Positions 41,400 through 50,885 of a stretch of 64,000 nt of DNA are shown here, one piece after another. The stretch spans positions 1,785,278-1,849,277 of the forward strand of contig OY821663.2 of assembly GCA_963555975.3 (NCBI GenBank), in the 5' to 3' direction. Source of the stretch: Dehalococcoidia bacterium (lineage in GTDB: Bacteria; Chloroflexota; Dehalococcoidia; Lucifugimonadales; UBA2985). Position 1 is the stretch's first letter; every line of letters starts with the position of its first letter. The notes beneath the pieces were generated by a model. It was not told where the DNA came from. It saw nothing but the letters and a program-made list of their open reading frames with translations, and searched no databases. A program made the position numbers and the translations under genes.

Positions 41400-42370
41400 C
41401 CGCGATCAGGCTCGACGCCCTCCGGGTAGAAGTCGCTTGCGTATAGGGCCTCGAAGCGCGATAGCGTGTCCGCGTCCAGCGGCGGCAAGTCCCCCGCCGC
41501 GGCGAACTCGCGCAGCCGCTCCGCCGAGGTGACCGCCGGCAGCGCAGCCGCCACGCGCCCGTCCGCCAGCACGAATTGAAGCGCAACTTGCCCGATTGCA
41601 GCCTCCGTCTCGCGCGTCAGGAAGTCCAGAGTCCGCAGCTTGCGCAGGCCGTCCAGCAGTCGCTCATCCGCGCCGGGATATGCTGCTTGGGTGTCGTAAG
41701 CGCCGTCCAGCAGGCCGGAGGCGTGGGGTGCGCGGCACAGGAGCGCGGGCGCGTCCGGTTCGCCAGCGGTTGCGAACGCCCTCGCGTGCTCCTGCCACAG
41801 CACGTTGTGCGCCACCTGCAACGCGGCGATGCGCCGCTCCCGCACGGCCGCCGCGCCCTCGTCCAACCGCTCCGCGTCGGAGGCCACGGCCACGCCCCAG
41901 CAGCGCACCTTGCCCTCCCGCGCCAGCGCCTCCATCGTCTCAAGCATCTCGTCCGACTCCAGCGCGTCCCAGGGCGGGAAGTGGAGATGCAGCAGGTCGA
42001 TATGGTCGGACTTCAAGCGTCGCAGGCACTGCTCACAGGCGCGGCGCAGGTAGTCGGCGGAGAAGTTTTGACCTGGCGCGGCGTCCGGCTCCAAGGACGG
42101 GAGCGAGTAGAAGTCGAAGCCGACCTTGGTTGCGATGACGAAACGGCTGCGGCCCCTGCCGAGCGCGCGGGCGAGCAGCTCCTCGCCGTAGCCGCGGCCG
42201 TGGACATCCGCCGTGTCGAAGAGCGTGACGCCCAGGTCGATGGCCTCACTGAGCAGCGCCAGGCTCTCGCGCTCGTCGCGGCGGCCCGTCTCCGGCGCGC
42301 TGAGCGGCCACAGGTCGAGGCCGATGGCGGAGACCTCAATGCCGGTGTCTGCGATGGCGCGGTATTGCAT
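41396..42370 (-). CDS. aldo/keto reductase
   Basis: 324 aa from the ATG at 42370. N-terminus MQYRAIADTGIEVSAIGL, with FDTADVHGRGYGEELLA and VIATKVG blocks. Confidence 0.88.
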   Translation of the reverse strand: MQYRAIADTGIEVSAIGLDLWPLSAPETGRRDERESLALLSEAIDLGVTLFDTADVHGRGYGEELLARALGRGRSRFVIATKVGFDFYSLPSLEPDAAPGQNFSADYLRRACEQCLRRLKSDHIDLLHLHFPPWDALESDEMLETMEALAREGKVRCWGVAVASDAERLDEGAAAVRERRIAALQVAHNVLWQEHARAFATAGEPDAPALLCRAPHASGLLDGAYDTQAAYPGADERLLDGLRKLRTLDFLTRETEAAIGQVALQFVLADGRVAAALPAVTSAERLREFAAAGDLPPLDADTLSRFEALYASDFYPEGVEPDRG

Positions 42371-42580
42371 GGCGATTGGTCTGTGCGTCGCATTATAGCG
42401 GGACATGGGCGAGCGCGTTAGTCCGTTCGCATTGAGCGTGTAGAACGGCGAGGCCAACGGGCCCAAGTGTTCCGTTCCTGTTGAACAGTTCAACTCTTCT
42501 CGAGTGAGATTCAAGGCAAGTGCATGGGTGCGCGCGGCCCCTTGCACCTATGGCCCCCCTCATCCCCTTCGCCCTTCAAA

Positions 42581-44062
42581 CTACCAGACATTTTGCTTCG
42601 CCAAAAATGAGGCGTCTTCCCGGGCCGTCTCAGTCGAGAGCCAGTTTGCCCCGTCGGAAGTTAGCAGCACGGGAGCGATGCGCGCCAGCAGATCAGGGCT
42701 GTTCACATGCTGCCGCACGTTCGACTCTGGCATTAGGCCCAAGGTAGCTACCAGCCAGTCTGGGACTGGACTCTGAGTACCAGCCGCGGCGACAAGCATT
42801 TGCAGGGCCCTATCAGAGCCGATTGTGCGCATAGCCAATGAGGCAGCCGGGGCCCGGCGATGATCTCCAGAGACGAGAATGCCCACTAGGGCCTCCAAGA
42901 CATGGGTTGGAGCGTCGGCACCAAATGCACAAATCGCATGAATGGCAACACCTTCATCCACATCATCTATGAAGGGAAGGAGATCCTCGTAGGACGCAAG
43001 GCCAGCCTTGCCCAGTCCCCAAACTGCGGCTTGACGAATCTCATCTCCTCCAAAGCGCGGATCGCTAGCGACCCGCCTGAGTTGATCCCGGGCAAATCCG
43101 TTGCCGAGCTCTGTCAATATGAATACGGCTTCCATGCGCAACTCTGGAAGTCCTTCGTTGTTCCAAATGTAGCTGGACAATTTAGACTGGGCGTATTGCG
43201 AACCCAGTGCTGTGCCTGTACCAGCGGCTTCCAAGGCTACGCGCTGGTCCCCTTCCCGACGGATGAGGCTCTCTATGGCACTCACGGCTTCAACTCCGGC
43301 TACTTGTCGATATCGAAGGGCCTTGACCGCCGCATACCTATCGACGCCGCTTACTGCGGTCAGATCTTCCAACGGGTCATATTTGAGGGACGAATAGTTG
43401 GACAGATCAGCTAACGCTGGCGGAACTCCTGCCAAGATTGTGACTTTTGCATCGAATTCGTCGCCCGGGTGAAAATAGGCAGCCCTGCCGCGTAGCGTAT
43501 ACGTTTGTTTCCGTGCTGATTGTTCACTAGTGGCGTGCATTTGGACCACTAGTCGATTGGAGTCGACGCTCAACACAGTGCCGTCTCTCGTGGGTACTGT
43601 GGCAGGCCACGTTCGGTCCCGCTCTGCCCCTTCAGAAGAGGACTTGGGCGGGCCAAGTTGTGATTGATCGACCGAGTCGCGCAGCGAACCCACAGTAAAG
43701 TAGTTGGCAAAGTTGGCTGGTCGCAGCCCATCCTCTGACTGGGAGCAGAGAATTACCGCGACGATGTCTTTGTCTCGCAGGCCGGCATCCCACACCCGGT
43801 CCGGATTCGATGGCGTGTCACTCATGCGAATCTTCAGGTCAGTTTTCGCACGAGCTTCGACACGCATCCCGGTTTTTGCACATAGCAGGTCGGGGAGCCT
43901 AAGGCGTTTGACTTTCGTAGCCCAAATCTTGTTCGACGCGCAATAGCGCTCCAACTCAATTGGTTCAAAGCCCTTGTCGCGGAGGTCCTGGATGATGCGT
44001 TGTACGCCGACAGCACCAATGCTCAGGTACCGAAGAAAGCTCGCGTCAGCTTTGAAGGCCAT
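42581..44062 (-). CDS. PD-(D/E)XK-like N-terminal domain fused to C-terminal HEAT/PBS-lyase-like repeats (putative effector of an R-M-like cassette)
   Basis: 493 aa and AT-richer. It contains RLPDLLCAKTGMRVEARAK near the N-terminus and HEAT-like repeats in the C-terminal ~200 aa (EIRQAAVWGLGKAG, VAIHAICAFGADA). Its ATG shares a base with the stop of the upstream XRE gene. Confidence 0.45.
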   Translation of the reverse strand: MAFKADASFLRYLSIGAVGVQRIIQDLRDKGFEPIELERYCASNKIWATKVKRLRLPDLLCAKTGMRVEARAKTDLKIRMSDTPSNPDRVWDAGLRDKDIVAVILCSQSEDGLRPANFANYFTVGSLRDSVDQSQLGPPKSSSEGAERDRTWPATVPTRDGTVLSVDSNRLVVQMHATSEQSARKQTYTLRGRAAYFHPGDEFDAKVTILAGVPPALADLSNYSSLKYDPLEDLTAVSGVDRYAAVKALRYRQVAGVEAVSAIESLIRREGDQRVALEAAGTGTALGSQYAQSKLSSYIWNNEGLPELRMEAVFILTELGNGFARDQLRRVASDPRFGGDEIRQAAVWGLGKAGLASYEDLLPFIDDVDEGVAIHAICAFGADAPTHVLEALVGILVSGDHRRAPAASLAMRTIGSDRALQMLVAAAGTQSPVPDWLVATLGLMPESNVRQHVNSPDLLARIAPVLLTSDGANWLSTETAREDASFLAKQNVW

Positions 44063-44289
44063 TAGTCGGCTCCGTCAGGGACAGGGTTGAGAAGATCCTG
44101 GGCACTGACCTCAAGGCTCTGAGCAATCTTGAAGAGGTTCTCAAGGGAAACGTTACGCTGGCCTCGCTCCACTGAGCTTATGTAGGTTCGATGCAAGCCT
44201 GCCCGGTCCGCGAGTTCCTCTTGGGAAAGCCCAGCCGACAGTCGGTGATGCCTTAGATTGTGTGCCAAAATCTGCCTAGGCCCTAGCAT
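44062..44289 (-). CDS. XRE-family HTH protein (controller/C-protein-like)
   Basis: 75 aa. LSQEELADRAGLHRTYISSVERGQRNVSLENLFKIA is a canonical XRE HTH. It is the first gene of a two-gene operon divergent from a methyltransferase. Confidence 0.8.
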   Translation of the reverse strand: MLGPRQILAHNLRHHRLSAGLSQEELADRAGLHRTYISSVERGQRNVSLENLFKIAQSLEVSAQDLLNPVPDGAD

Positions 44290-44400
44290 TTCCTGCTCCG
44301 ATACCCCATTAGACTATTGCCTTGAGGTTAGAGCGGTGTTACACTTACGTCTACAGACTATACGTCACACATCTGGCATCGCCCTGAGGAAGTTACACCA

Positions 44401-46155
44401 ATGACCAGAACTGTCGAGAGTCTCCCCGATAGCATTGAAGTGGCGCGGAACGACCCACTCTACAACTGCCACAGCTATCTGACAAAGGTACCCATTGATG
44501 CTATTGTGCCGTTCATTGATGTCTTCACACAGCCTGGGGAAACCGTTGCCGACTTCTTTGCCGGGTCAGGTATGACGGGGCTTGCAGCGTTAACCTTGGG
44601 ACGGAATGCTAGGCTAAGTGACATTTCTGTGCTTGGCCAACACATTGCAGATGGCTACTTGGTAGAAGTCGACGACTCCGCATTCCGCCGCGTCGGAGGC
44701 GAGGTGGTCGAAGTAGCACGGCGCGCCGTAGATAATCTCTATCACACACTGCGGGCTTCAGATGGGTCAACTGTCGACTTTGTCCGAACCGTCTGGTCGT
44801 TCACATACATCTGCCCGTCATGTCAGAATAGGCTCATCTATTTCGAGCAGATGAACGAAACGAATAGGCCACCCTCTCATTGCCCAACCTGCGATAGGCC
44901 ATTCATTAGAAGGAATTGGCCGAGATCTAGCGATGAGCCAGTACAAGTTGTGGTGGTGGGCAACAACGGCAAGCAGGAATTTCAGGCCATCTCTGGATTT
45001 GATCTACAGCGGATTGCAGATGCCAAGAGAGACTCACGTCTCAAAGAAGTTCCTTCACAGACGATAGAGCCAGAGCGTGAGATGTACAGCCGGTCAGGAC
45101 TGGCAAAGTCCGGACTCACCGAGACCAAGAAGTTCTTCTCCCAACGCAACGCAATTGCACTACTGGAACTCTGGACTGCAATCAACCAAGTTGAAGACGC
45201 ATCTTCGAAGCAGAAGCTTCGATTCTGCTTTACGGCGATCCTGCCGCGCGCATCAATGCGATATCAGTGGGGTGCCAAACGGCCACTGAATTCTCAGAAT
45301 CAGACCTATTACATAGCACCCGTCTACTATGAGTGGAACGTGTTCGACCTATTCCGCCGGAAACTCGGTGCCGCAAGAAAAGCCGCCGCTTATCTGGCAG
45401 AACGGGTGAATGGGCTGACACCGGCTAGGAATGCCAAGGTGACATATGATATTGCCTCAGCCGACAGTCTGGCTCACTTGAAGAATGAGTCTATCGAATA
45501 CGTCTTTACCGACCCTCCATTTGGCAGCAACATCTTCTACAGTGACATGAACCTGTTCCAAGAGGCTTGGTTAGGTAAGGTAACAGACCAGTCCTCAGAG
45601 GCTGTCATACACACTACTGGCAAAAGGGTGGCCCATTCAGCACAAAGATACGAGGACATCCTTAGGGACGCATTTCGAGAAGGCTGGAGAGTCCTGAAGC
45701 CCGGCGGACACATGTCTGTGGTCTTCGGAAACAGCAAAGGTCGCGTTTGGGGCTCTGTTCAGCGGGCGTTACGGGAGATTGGCTTTGACCCCAGTCCGGT
45801 CCATGTAGCAATCCTCGACAAAGGCCAACGCTCGGTGAAGGGACTAAACTCTGGAACCGAGGGCGTAGTGACGGCTGACTTGATCCTAACTGTGCGCAAA
45901 CCACTCAGAGGTAGTCTTCTCAACCGACAGTACCATCTACCGTTAGACGGTACCAGAGACATTGTTGCCAGGATAGTCGACGAGATTAGCTTGGAGACCA
46001 CCCCGAACCCGAGCCATGTGTATGCGCGTGTCATCCGGGAAGCAATTCGCAATGGCATAGTCTTGGACAATCTACATTTCAGGGATGTCCTTCTCGCCCT
46101 GCGAAACAAAGGTTTCCGTGTAGATGGCAAGACTGGAATGCTCGTAAGGCTCTAG
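44401..46155 (+). CDS. DNA methyltransferase (N6-adenine or N4-cytosine) with an internal Zn-ribbon; motif I precedes motif IV
   Basis: Motif I DFFAGSGMTG (aa 51-60), ribbon CPSC...CPTC (aa 138-164) and motif IV TDPPFG (aa 370-375) followed by LKPGGHMSVVF. Confidence 0.8.
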   Translation: MTRTVESLPDSIEVARNDPLYNCHSYLTKVPIDAIVPFIDVFTQPGETVADFFAGSGMTGLAALTLGRNARLSDISVLGQHIADGYLVEVDDSAFRRVGGEVVEVARRAVDNLYHTLRASDGSTVDFVRTVWSFTYICPSCQNRLIYFEQMNETNRPPSHCPTCDRPFIRRNWPRSSDEPVQVVVVGNNGKQEFQAISGFDLQRIADAKRDSRLKEVPSQTIEPEREMYSRSGLAKSGLTETKKFFSQRNAIALLELWTAINQVEDASSKQKLRFCFTAILPRASMRYQWGAKRPLNSQNQTYYIAPVYYEWNVFDLFRRKLGAARKAAAYLAERVNGLTPARNAKVTYDIASADSLAHLKNESIEYVFTDPPFGSNIFYSDMNLFQEAWLGKVTDQSSEAVIHTTGKRVAHSAQRYEDILRDAFREGWRVLKPGGHMSVVFGNSKGRVWGSVQRALREIGFDPSPVHVAILDKGQRSVKGLNSGTEGVVTADLILTVRKPLRGSLLNRQYHLPLDGTRDIVARIVDEISLETTPNPSHVYARVIREAIRNGIVLDNLHFRDVLLALRNKGFRVDGKTGMLVRL

Positions 46156-46276
46156 GCTACTGGCTGACAACTGCCAGCGGACACGCTCATTCGCCCCTTC
46201 ATTGACAAGCGCGCCCGCGGGCGATAATCTGCCATGTATCGGACGCGGGGCTGCGCTCCGCACGCGGGAGGTCAAG

Positions 46277-46726
46277 ATGCCGATCAACAGCATGATATGC
46301 CCAAGGTGCCGCTCCACTCTCACCGTCGAGCGATTCAAGGGCATTGAGGTGGACCGCTGCTCCGCCTGCAAGGGCATGTGGCTGGAGTACGAGGAGTTGG
46401 ACCGGCTCGAAGACCGGGAACTGGACGACGACGAGCTGAAGGGTTCGATGATGTTTCGCTCATTCGTGGGGGAGCTACACTGCCCAACGTGCGACGGCGG
46501 GATGCAGATGTTCCACTACCGCGCCTTCAACCTGGAGCTGGACTTCTGCCCCAATGAGCACGGCTTCTGGCTGGACAGCGGCGAGGAGAAGCGCGTGCTG
46601 GACATTATGAAGCAGCGCGAGAAGGACATGAAGCGCGCCCAGGACGCGGAGGCGGAGTGGGCCGGGATGCTCCGGCGGTTCAAGTCCAAGTCGTTCGGCG
46701 ACCGCATGAAGGGCCTGTTCCGATAG
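46277..46726 (+). CDS. TFIIB-type zinc-ribbon protein (two zf modules)
   Basis: ATG at 46277 after GGGAGG. CPRC...CSAC and CPTC...CPNEHGFWLD patterns. Confidence 0.6.
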   Translation: MPINSMICPRCRSTLTVERFKGIEVDRCSACKGMWLEYEELDRLEDRELDDDELKGSMMFRSFVGELHCPTCDGGMQMFHYRAFNLELDFCPNEHGFWLDSGEEKRVLDIMKQREKDMKRAQDAEAEWAGMLRRFKSKSFGDRMKGLFR

Positions 46727-46736
46727 CGGCAAGCCC

Positions 46737-48437
46737 ATGCGAATGACCTCATTCTTCGGCAAGACGCTGCGGGAGGAGCCCGCAGAAGCCGAAACGCCCA
46801 GCCATCGCCTGCTGCTCAAGGCCGGCATGATCCGGCAGGTGGCGTCCGGCGTGTACACCTACATGCCGCTCGCGTGGCGCTCGCTTCGCAAGATCGAGGG
46901 CATCATCCGGCAGGAGATGGACGCCGCGGGCTGCCACGAGATTCGAATGCCCGCGCTCCACCCCCTCGAACTGTGGGAGTCCACGGGCCGCGCCGATACG
47001 ATGGGCCAGACGCTCTTTCGCCTGGGAGACCGCCGCGAACGCTCGCTGGTCATGGCCCCCACGCACGAGGAGGTGGTCACGCAGACGGTCAAGGCCAACG
47101 TCCACAGCTATCGCGACCTGCCTCAGATCCTCTACCAGATCCAGACCAAGTTCCGCGACGAGCCGCGCCCGCGCGGCGGCCTCATCCGCGTGCGCGAGTT
47201 CGACATGAAGGACGCCTACAGCTTCGACGCCGACGAGGCGGGGCTGGACCGCAGCTACGAGGCGATGGTGCAGGCCTACCGCAACATCTACCGCCGCTGC
47301 GGCCTGCCCGCAGTGATGGCCGAGGCTGACAGCGGCGCAATCGGCGGCAAGGACTCGCACGAGTTCCTGCTGCCCGCCGAGAGCGGAGAAGACCTGCTGA
47401 TCCACTGCTCCGCCTGTGACTACGCGGCCAACGCGGAGCGCGCCGAAAGCGTGAAGCCGCCGCTGGCCCCGGAGGAGCCGCTGCCGCTGGAGGAGATACA
47501 CACGCCCGGCATGAAGACCATCGACGACCTGGGCGTTCACCTGGGCATACCCGCGCCCAAGACGCTCAAGGCGGTGTTCTACGCCAGCGACGGCGAGGTG
47601 GTGTTCGTCACCATCCGCGGCGACCTGGAGGTGAACGAGATCAAGCTGACGCGCCTCCTCGGCTGCCGCGAGCTGCGCCTGGCCTCGCCGGAGGAGGTAG
47701 AGCGCGCGGGACTGGTGGCCGGCTCGGCGTCGTCCATTGGGCTGGAGGGCATACGCTCCATCGCAGACGACTCCATTCAGACCGGCGCCAACTTCGTGGT
47801 CGGCGCCAACCGGCCGGACTACCACCTGCGAAACGCCTGCTACCCGCGCGACTTCCGGCCGGACGTGATCGCGGACATCGCTATGGCGCAGGCCGGCCAC
47901 GGCTGCCGGCGGTGCGCCGCGCCGCTCCAGTCCGGCCGCGCCATCGAGGTGGGCCACGTGTTCAAGCTGGGCACCTTCTACAGCGAGTCGCTGGAGGCCA
48001 CCTACCTGGACAGGGACGGCGCGCAGAAGCCCATCATCATGGGGTGCTACGGCATAGGCGTGGGGAGGCTGCTGGCGGCGGCCATAGAGCAGAACAACGA
48101 CGAGCGGGGCATCGTGTTCCCGGCGTCGATTGCCCCTTACCAGGTGTACCTGGCGGCGCTCAACGTGGACGACCCGGAGGTAATGCAGGCAGCCGGCGAC
48201 CTGTATCGACAGCTATCGGAAGCGGGCTTCGAGACGCTGTACGACGACCGCGAGGAGTCGGCGGGCGTGAAGTTCAACGACGCCGACCTGCTGGGGCTGC
48301 CGGTGCGGGTGGTGGTCGGCCCCCGCGGGCTGCGCGAGGGCGCGGCGGAGGTGCGCCGCCGCGATGAGGCGCATGGCCGCGCCGTCACGCTGGACGGCGT
48401 AGCGGATGCCGTGCGGGAGGCGTTGTGGGGAAAGTAG
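46737..48437 (+). CDS. proS: proline--tRNA ligase (bacterial type)
   Basis: 566 aa. N-terminus LREEPAEAETPSHRLLLKAGMIRQVASGVYTYMP, class II motifs, an editing insertion and a C-terminal anticodon-binding domain. Confidence 0.95.
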   Translation: MRMTSFFGKTLREEPAEAETPSHRLLLKAGMIRQVASGVYTYMPLAWRSLRKIEGIIRQEMDAAGCHEIRMPALHPLELWESTGRADTMGQTLFRLGDRRERSLVMAPTHEEVVTQTVKANVHSYRDLPQILYQIQTKFRDEPRPRGGLIRVREFDMKDAYSFDADEAGLDRSYEAMVQAYRNIYRRCGLPAVMAEADSGAIGGKDSHEFLLPAESGEDLLIHCSACDYAANAERAESVKPPLAPEEPLPLEEIHTPGMKTIDDLGVHLGIPAPKTLKAVFYASDGEVVFVTIRGDLEVNEIKLTRLLGCRELRLASPEEVERAGLVAGSASSIGLEGIRSIADDSIQTGANFVVGANRPDYHLRNACYPRDFRPDVIADIAMAQAGHGCRRCAAPLQSGRAIEVGHVFKLGTFYSESLEATYLDRDGAQKPIIMGCYGIGVGRLLAAAIEQNNDERGIVFPASIAPYQVYLAALNVDDPEVMQAAGDLYRQLSEAGFETLYDDREESAGVKFNDADLLGLPVRVVVGPRGLREGAAEVRRRDEAHGRAVTLDGVADAVREALWGK

Positions 48438-48550
48438 CGGCCGCAGGGCGCCGCCGTTCGTACTTCGACAGGCTCAGCACGAACGGGAGGCAGTCCGCTC
48501 ACCCTTAGCTTGTCGAAGGGCTGGCGGATGATACCTTCGTCAAGCGCATC

Positions 48551-49306
48551 ATGGGTATCATTAGCGCGGCGCGTATACTCCCGCCACAGGAGGCGCAAGT
48601 CGTGACAACCCCGCTAGGCGAACGGCTGATGGACGTGTACCGGCATCTGCTGGCGCGCTACGGGCCGCAGGACTGGTGGCCAGGCGACTCCGCGTTCGAG
48701 GTCATCCTCGGCGCCATCCTCACGCAGTCCGCGGCGTGGACGGGCGTTGAACGCGCGCTCGCCAACCTCAAAGCCGCGGGCGTCTTCTCGCCCGCCGCGC
48801 TCCGTGCCGTCCCCATCGACGATCTGGCAACGCTCATCCGCCCCTCGGTCTACTTCAACGCCAAGGCGCGCAAGCTCAAGGCGTTCGTCGAGCACCTCGG
48901 CGAACGCTACGCCGACGACCTAGACGCGATGTTCGGGCAGGACGCGGAGACGCTGCGAGCGGAGCTGCTGTCCATCCACGGCATCGGCGAGGAGACGGCG
49001 GACGACATCATCCTGTACGCCGCAGGCAAGCCGGTGTTCGTCATGGACGCCTACACGCAGCGCATCATGGGCCGGATGGGGATCGCTCCGCCGGTGGAAC
49101 GATACGGGGCGTACCAGTCGATGTTCATGGACAACCTGCCGCGTGACGCGGGCCTGTTCAACGAGTACCACGCGCTGCTGGATCGGCACGGCGTCGAGGC
49201 GTGCCGCAAGCGATCGCCGCTGTGCGAGTCGTGCTGCCTGCTGGCGGTGTGCGCCACGGGCGCGGCGGCCACCGCATCCGTCATCCCCGCGAAAGCGGAG
49301 GTCTAG
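48551..49306 (+). CDS. endonuclease III-related HhH-GPD protein with a 4Fe-4S cluster loop
   Basis: HhH (LLSIHGIGEETAD) and cluster motif C-x6-C-x2-C-x5-C (CRKRSPLCESCCLLAVC). The start is uncertain (48551 or about 48629). Confidence 0.8.
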   Translation: MGIISAARILPPQEAQVVTTPLGERLMDVYRHLLARYGPQDWWPGDSAFEVILGAILTQSAAWTGVERALANLKAAGVFSPAALRAVPIDDLATLIRPSVYFNAKARKLKAFVEHLGERYADDLDAMFGQDAETLRAELLSIHGIGEETADDIILYAAGKPVFVMDAYTQRIMGRMGIAPPVERYGAYQSMFMDNLPRDAGLFNEYHALLDRHGVEACRKRSPLCESCCLLAVCATGAAATASVIPAKAEV

Positions 49307-49348
49307 GGCGTGTTCACACTACGGGATGGTTTGCGGCATGACGCGCGC

Positions 49349-49572
49349 ATGGAACTTGCAGAAGCGCAGCGCCTACGCATAGCCGTTCAACGCGGCAACG
49401 TGCGCATCTCGAATCGCCAGGTCCTCAACGCCATCTTGTACGTCGACGAGCGAGGCTTTCCCGGCGGCTGGAGAGACTCCGGCGCATCTTCTCTCGATTC
49501 GACAAGCTGGACGCCCTCTTCCCGGGGTTCATCCTCTCAGCGCTCATCTACCCTGCCTTGCAGGAAGTGTAA
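49349..49572 (+). pseudogene. relic of an IS5/IS4-superfamily (DUF4096-type) transposase gene
   Basis: An N-terminal signature (RISNRQVLNAILYV...GGWRD) is joined, with a frame change, to a transposase C-terminal signature (RRIFSRFDKLDALFPGFILSALI). Most of the gene is missing. Confidence 0.55.
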
Positions 49573-49643
49573 ACTCGTCCTGGCGCGCGAGCGGCGCGAT
49601 TGATAATCGATAGCGCATTGGGTAGAATCGGCTGAAAGGCGTA

Positions 49644-49720
49644 GGGCCGTTAGCTCAGTTGGTAAGAGCTCCGGACTTTTAATCCGGGAGTCCAGGGTTC
49701 GAATCCCTGACGGCCCACCA
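49644..49720 (+). tRNA. tRNA-Lys (anticodon TTT), CCA encoded
   Basis: Hand-folded. Acceptor GGGCCGT/ACGGCCC, anticodon stem CCGGA/TCCGG with loop CTTTTAA, and T arm CAGGG-TTCGAAT-CCCTG. Confidence 0.9.
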
Positions 49721-49823
49721 GACTTGATAAGATCAAGAACCTTCACGCTGGAGGTTCCAGAGAAGTCGTCATCTGTGCATGAGGTTGAAGGCCGCTGCCG
49801 CCATTGACCGCATCGCTGAAGGG

Positions 49824-50402
49824 TCACGCCTTGCTGAGCTTGATTGTTCCTACCTCTCCCCTTCCGCGCCCCGTGTAGTAGTCGCCCTCAAGCCCTGTGC
49901 CGGTGAGATATAGAGTTGCCGTACCACGGTGCATCTCCATTGTGCCTGGAGCATTCGACTTGGGCTCGTTCACGTACTGGTAGGACAGCTCGGGATTGGG
50001 AAGGTCAGAGGTCCTCAGGCTGGCCGCGATGCTCCGTGAGCGAGAATGTTCACTTTCCAGACTGACAATTATCTTTGACCATCGCTGCGAGATGACGACG
50101 GAAACCGAGTGGGCGCTGCCACCCTGGCCGTATGAGGATTTGACCTCACCGACCCACTTCCCGTTGAGATCGGGAAGTTGAACAAGGTTGAGCTTTCTGA
50201 ACAGACCGAGCTTCCACACGCAGCGGTCGAACAACCAGTACAGGCCTGAGTAAAGCCCCGCAAATGAGGGTACGCTCAACCACCACTGCGGGTCGAAGTC
50301 GATGACATCCAGCACGATGTGAAAGAGCCAAACCATCAGGATACTGGCGGCAGCGAGCGCTATCACCACTTTATCATGGCCCTCTACCTCGTAGGAGTGC
50401 AT
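49824..50402 (-). CDS. Cap15-like CBASS effector (two TM helices plus beta-strand-rich domain, S-2TMbeta type)
   Basis: Two N-terminal TM helices (VVIALAAASILMVWLFHIVL, LSVPSFAGLYSGLYWLF). These are followed by LNGKWVGEV...VVISQRWSKIIVSLESEHSRSRSIAASL...LSYQYVNEP...HRGTATLYL...LEGDYYTGRGRGEVGTIKL, which matches my recollection of the SMODS-associated 2TM-beta effector. It lies 9 nt downstream of an NTase remnant. Confidence 0.65.
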   Translation of the reverse strand: MHSYEVEGHDKVVIALAAASILMVWLFHIVLDVIDFDPQWWLSVPSFAGLYSGLYWLFDRCVWKLGLFRKLNLVQLPDLNGKWVGEVKSSYGQGGSAHSVSVVISQRWSKIIVSLESEHSRSRSIAASLRTSDLPNPELSYQYVNEPKSNAPGTMEMHRGTATLYLTGTGLEGDYYTGRGRGEVGTIKLSKA

Positions 50403-50411
50403 TCGAGGAGA

Positions 50412-50885
50412 CTACCTCCAGTTGTTCCACAGAGATGCCAGCCCATTCGCAAATGCCTTTGCGTCCTCCACTGACCACTGTTCAGACGATGGACCGGACA
50501 GCCACTGCTGACCATTCTGGCAGATGAGCCAATCGAGGTCGTTCTGAACCACCCAGTTGACGATTGAGCGGTAGGTTTCCCGGAAGCTGTACTGAAACGC
50601 TGAGTCTGGCGCATTGTAGACGAGGCACTCGACAAAGTAGGACGGAGCAAGGTCAGGGCTGATCCTGCCAGTGGACACCAAGCGATTCCGGGCATTCTTG
50701 AACATCCTCACAGTTCGTTTGTACCGGTCCCAGGTGCGTGCGCTCTTGACGGCGCCGTTCTTGTAGTGCTCTTTGGGGTAGTTGACGATCCAGCGCTTGT
50801 CACGCAGAGCCAAAAAGGTGACGCCTTCCACGTACGATGAGTAGCTGGTGTACCTCCGATGCTGCTTGCAGACTAGGCAGTCCAT
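50412..50885 (-). pseudogene. 5'-truncated CD-NTase/SMODS-type nucleotidyltransferase (C-terminal half only)
   Basis: 157 aa with NYPKEH...YKRTVRMFKNARN...APSYFVECLVYNAP (post-catalytic helical half). There is no GS...DxD core and an in-frame TGA five codons upstream of the first ATG. The ORF collides with the hsdM 5' end. Confidence 0.6.

Noticed and set aside
46202-46276. Longer N-terminal extension of the Zn-ribbon gene (ORF from 46202) and a TTGACA...GATAAT promoter at 46202-46228.
   Set aside because: The ATG at 46277 has a good GGGAGG RBS and the extension has no features. The promoter spacing (15 nt to GATAAT) is suboptimal, so it is not reported as a feature.
50848-50885. The 38-nt head-on overlap of hsdM and the NTase remnant as evidence for a functional overlapping gene pair.
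   Set aside because: It is more parsimoniously a consequence of a recombination junction and uncertain start-codon choice than of real dual coding.
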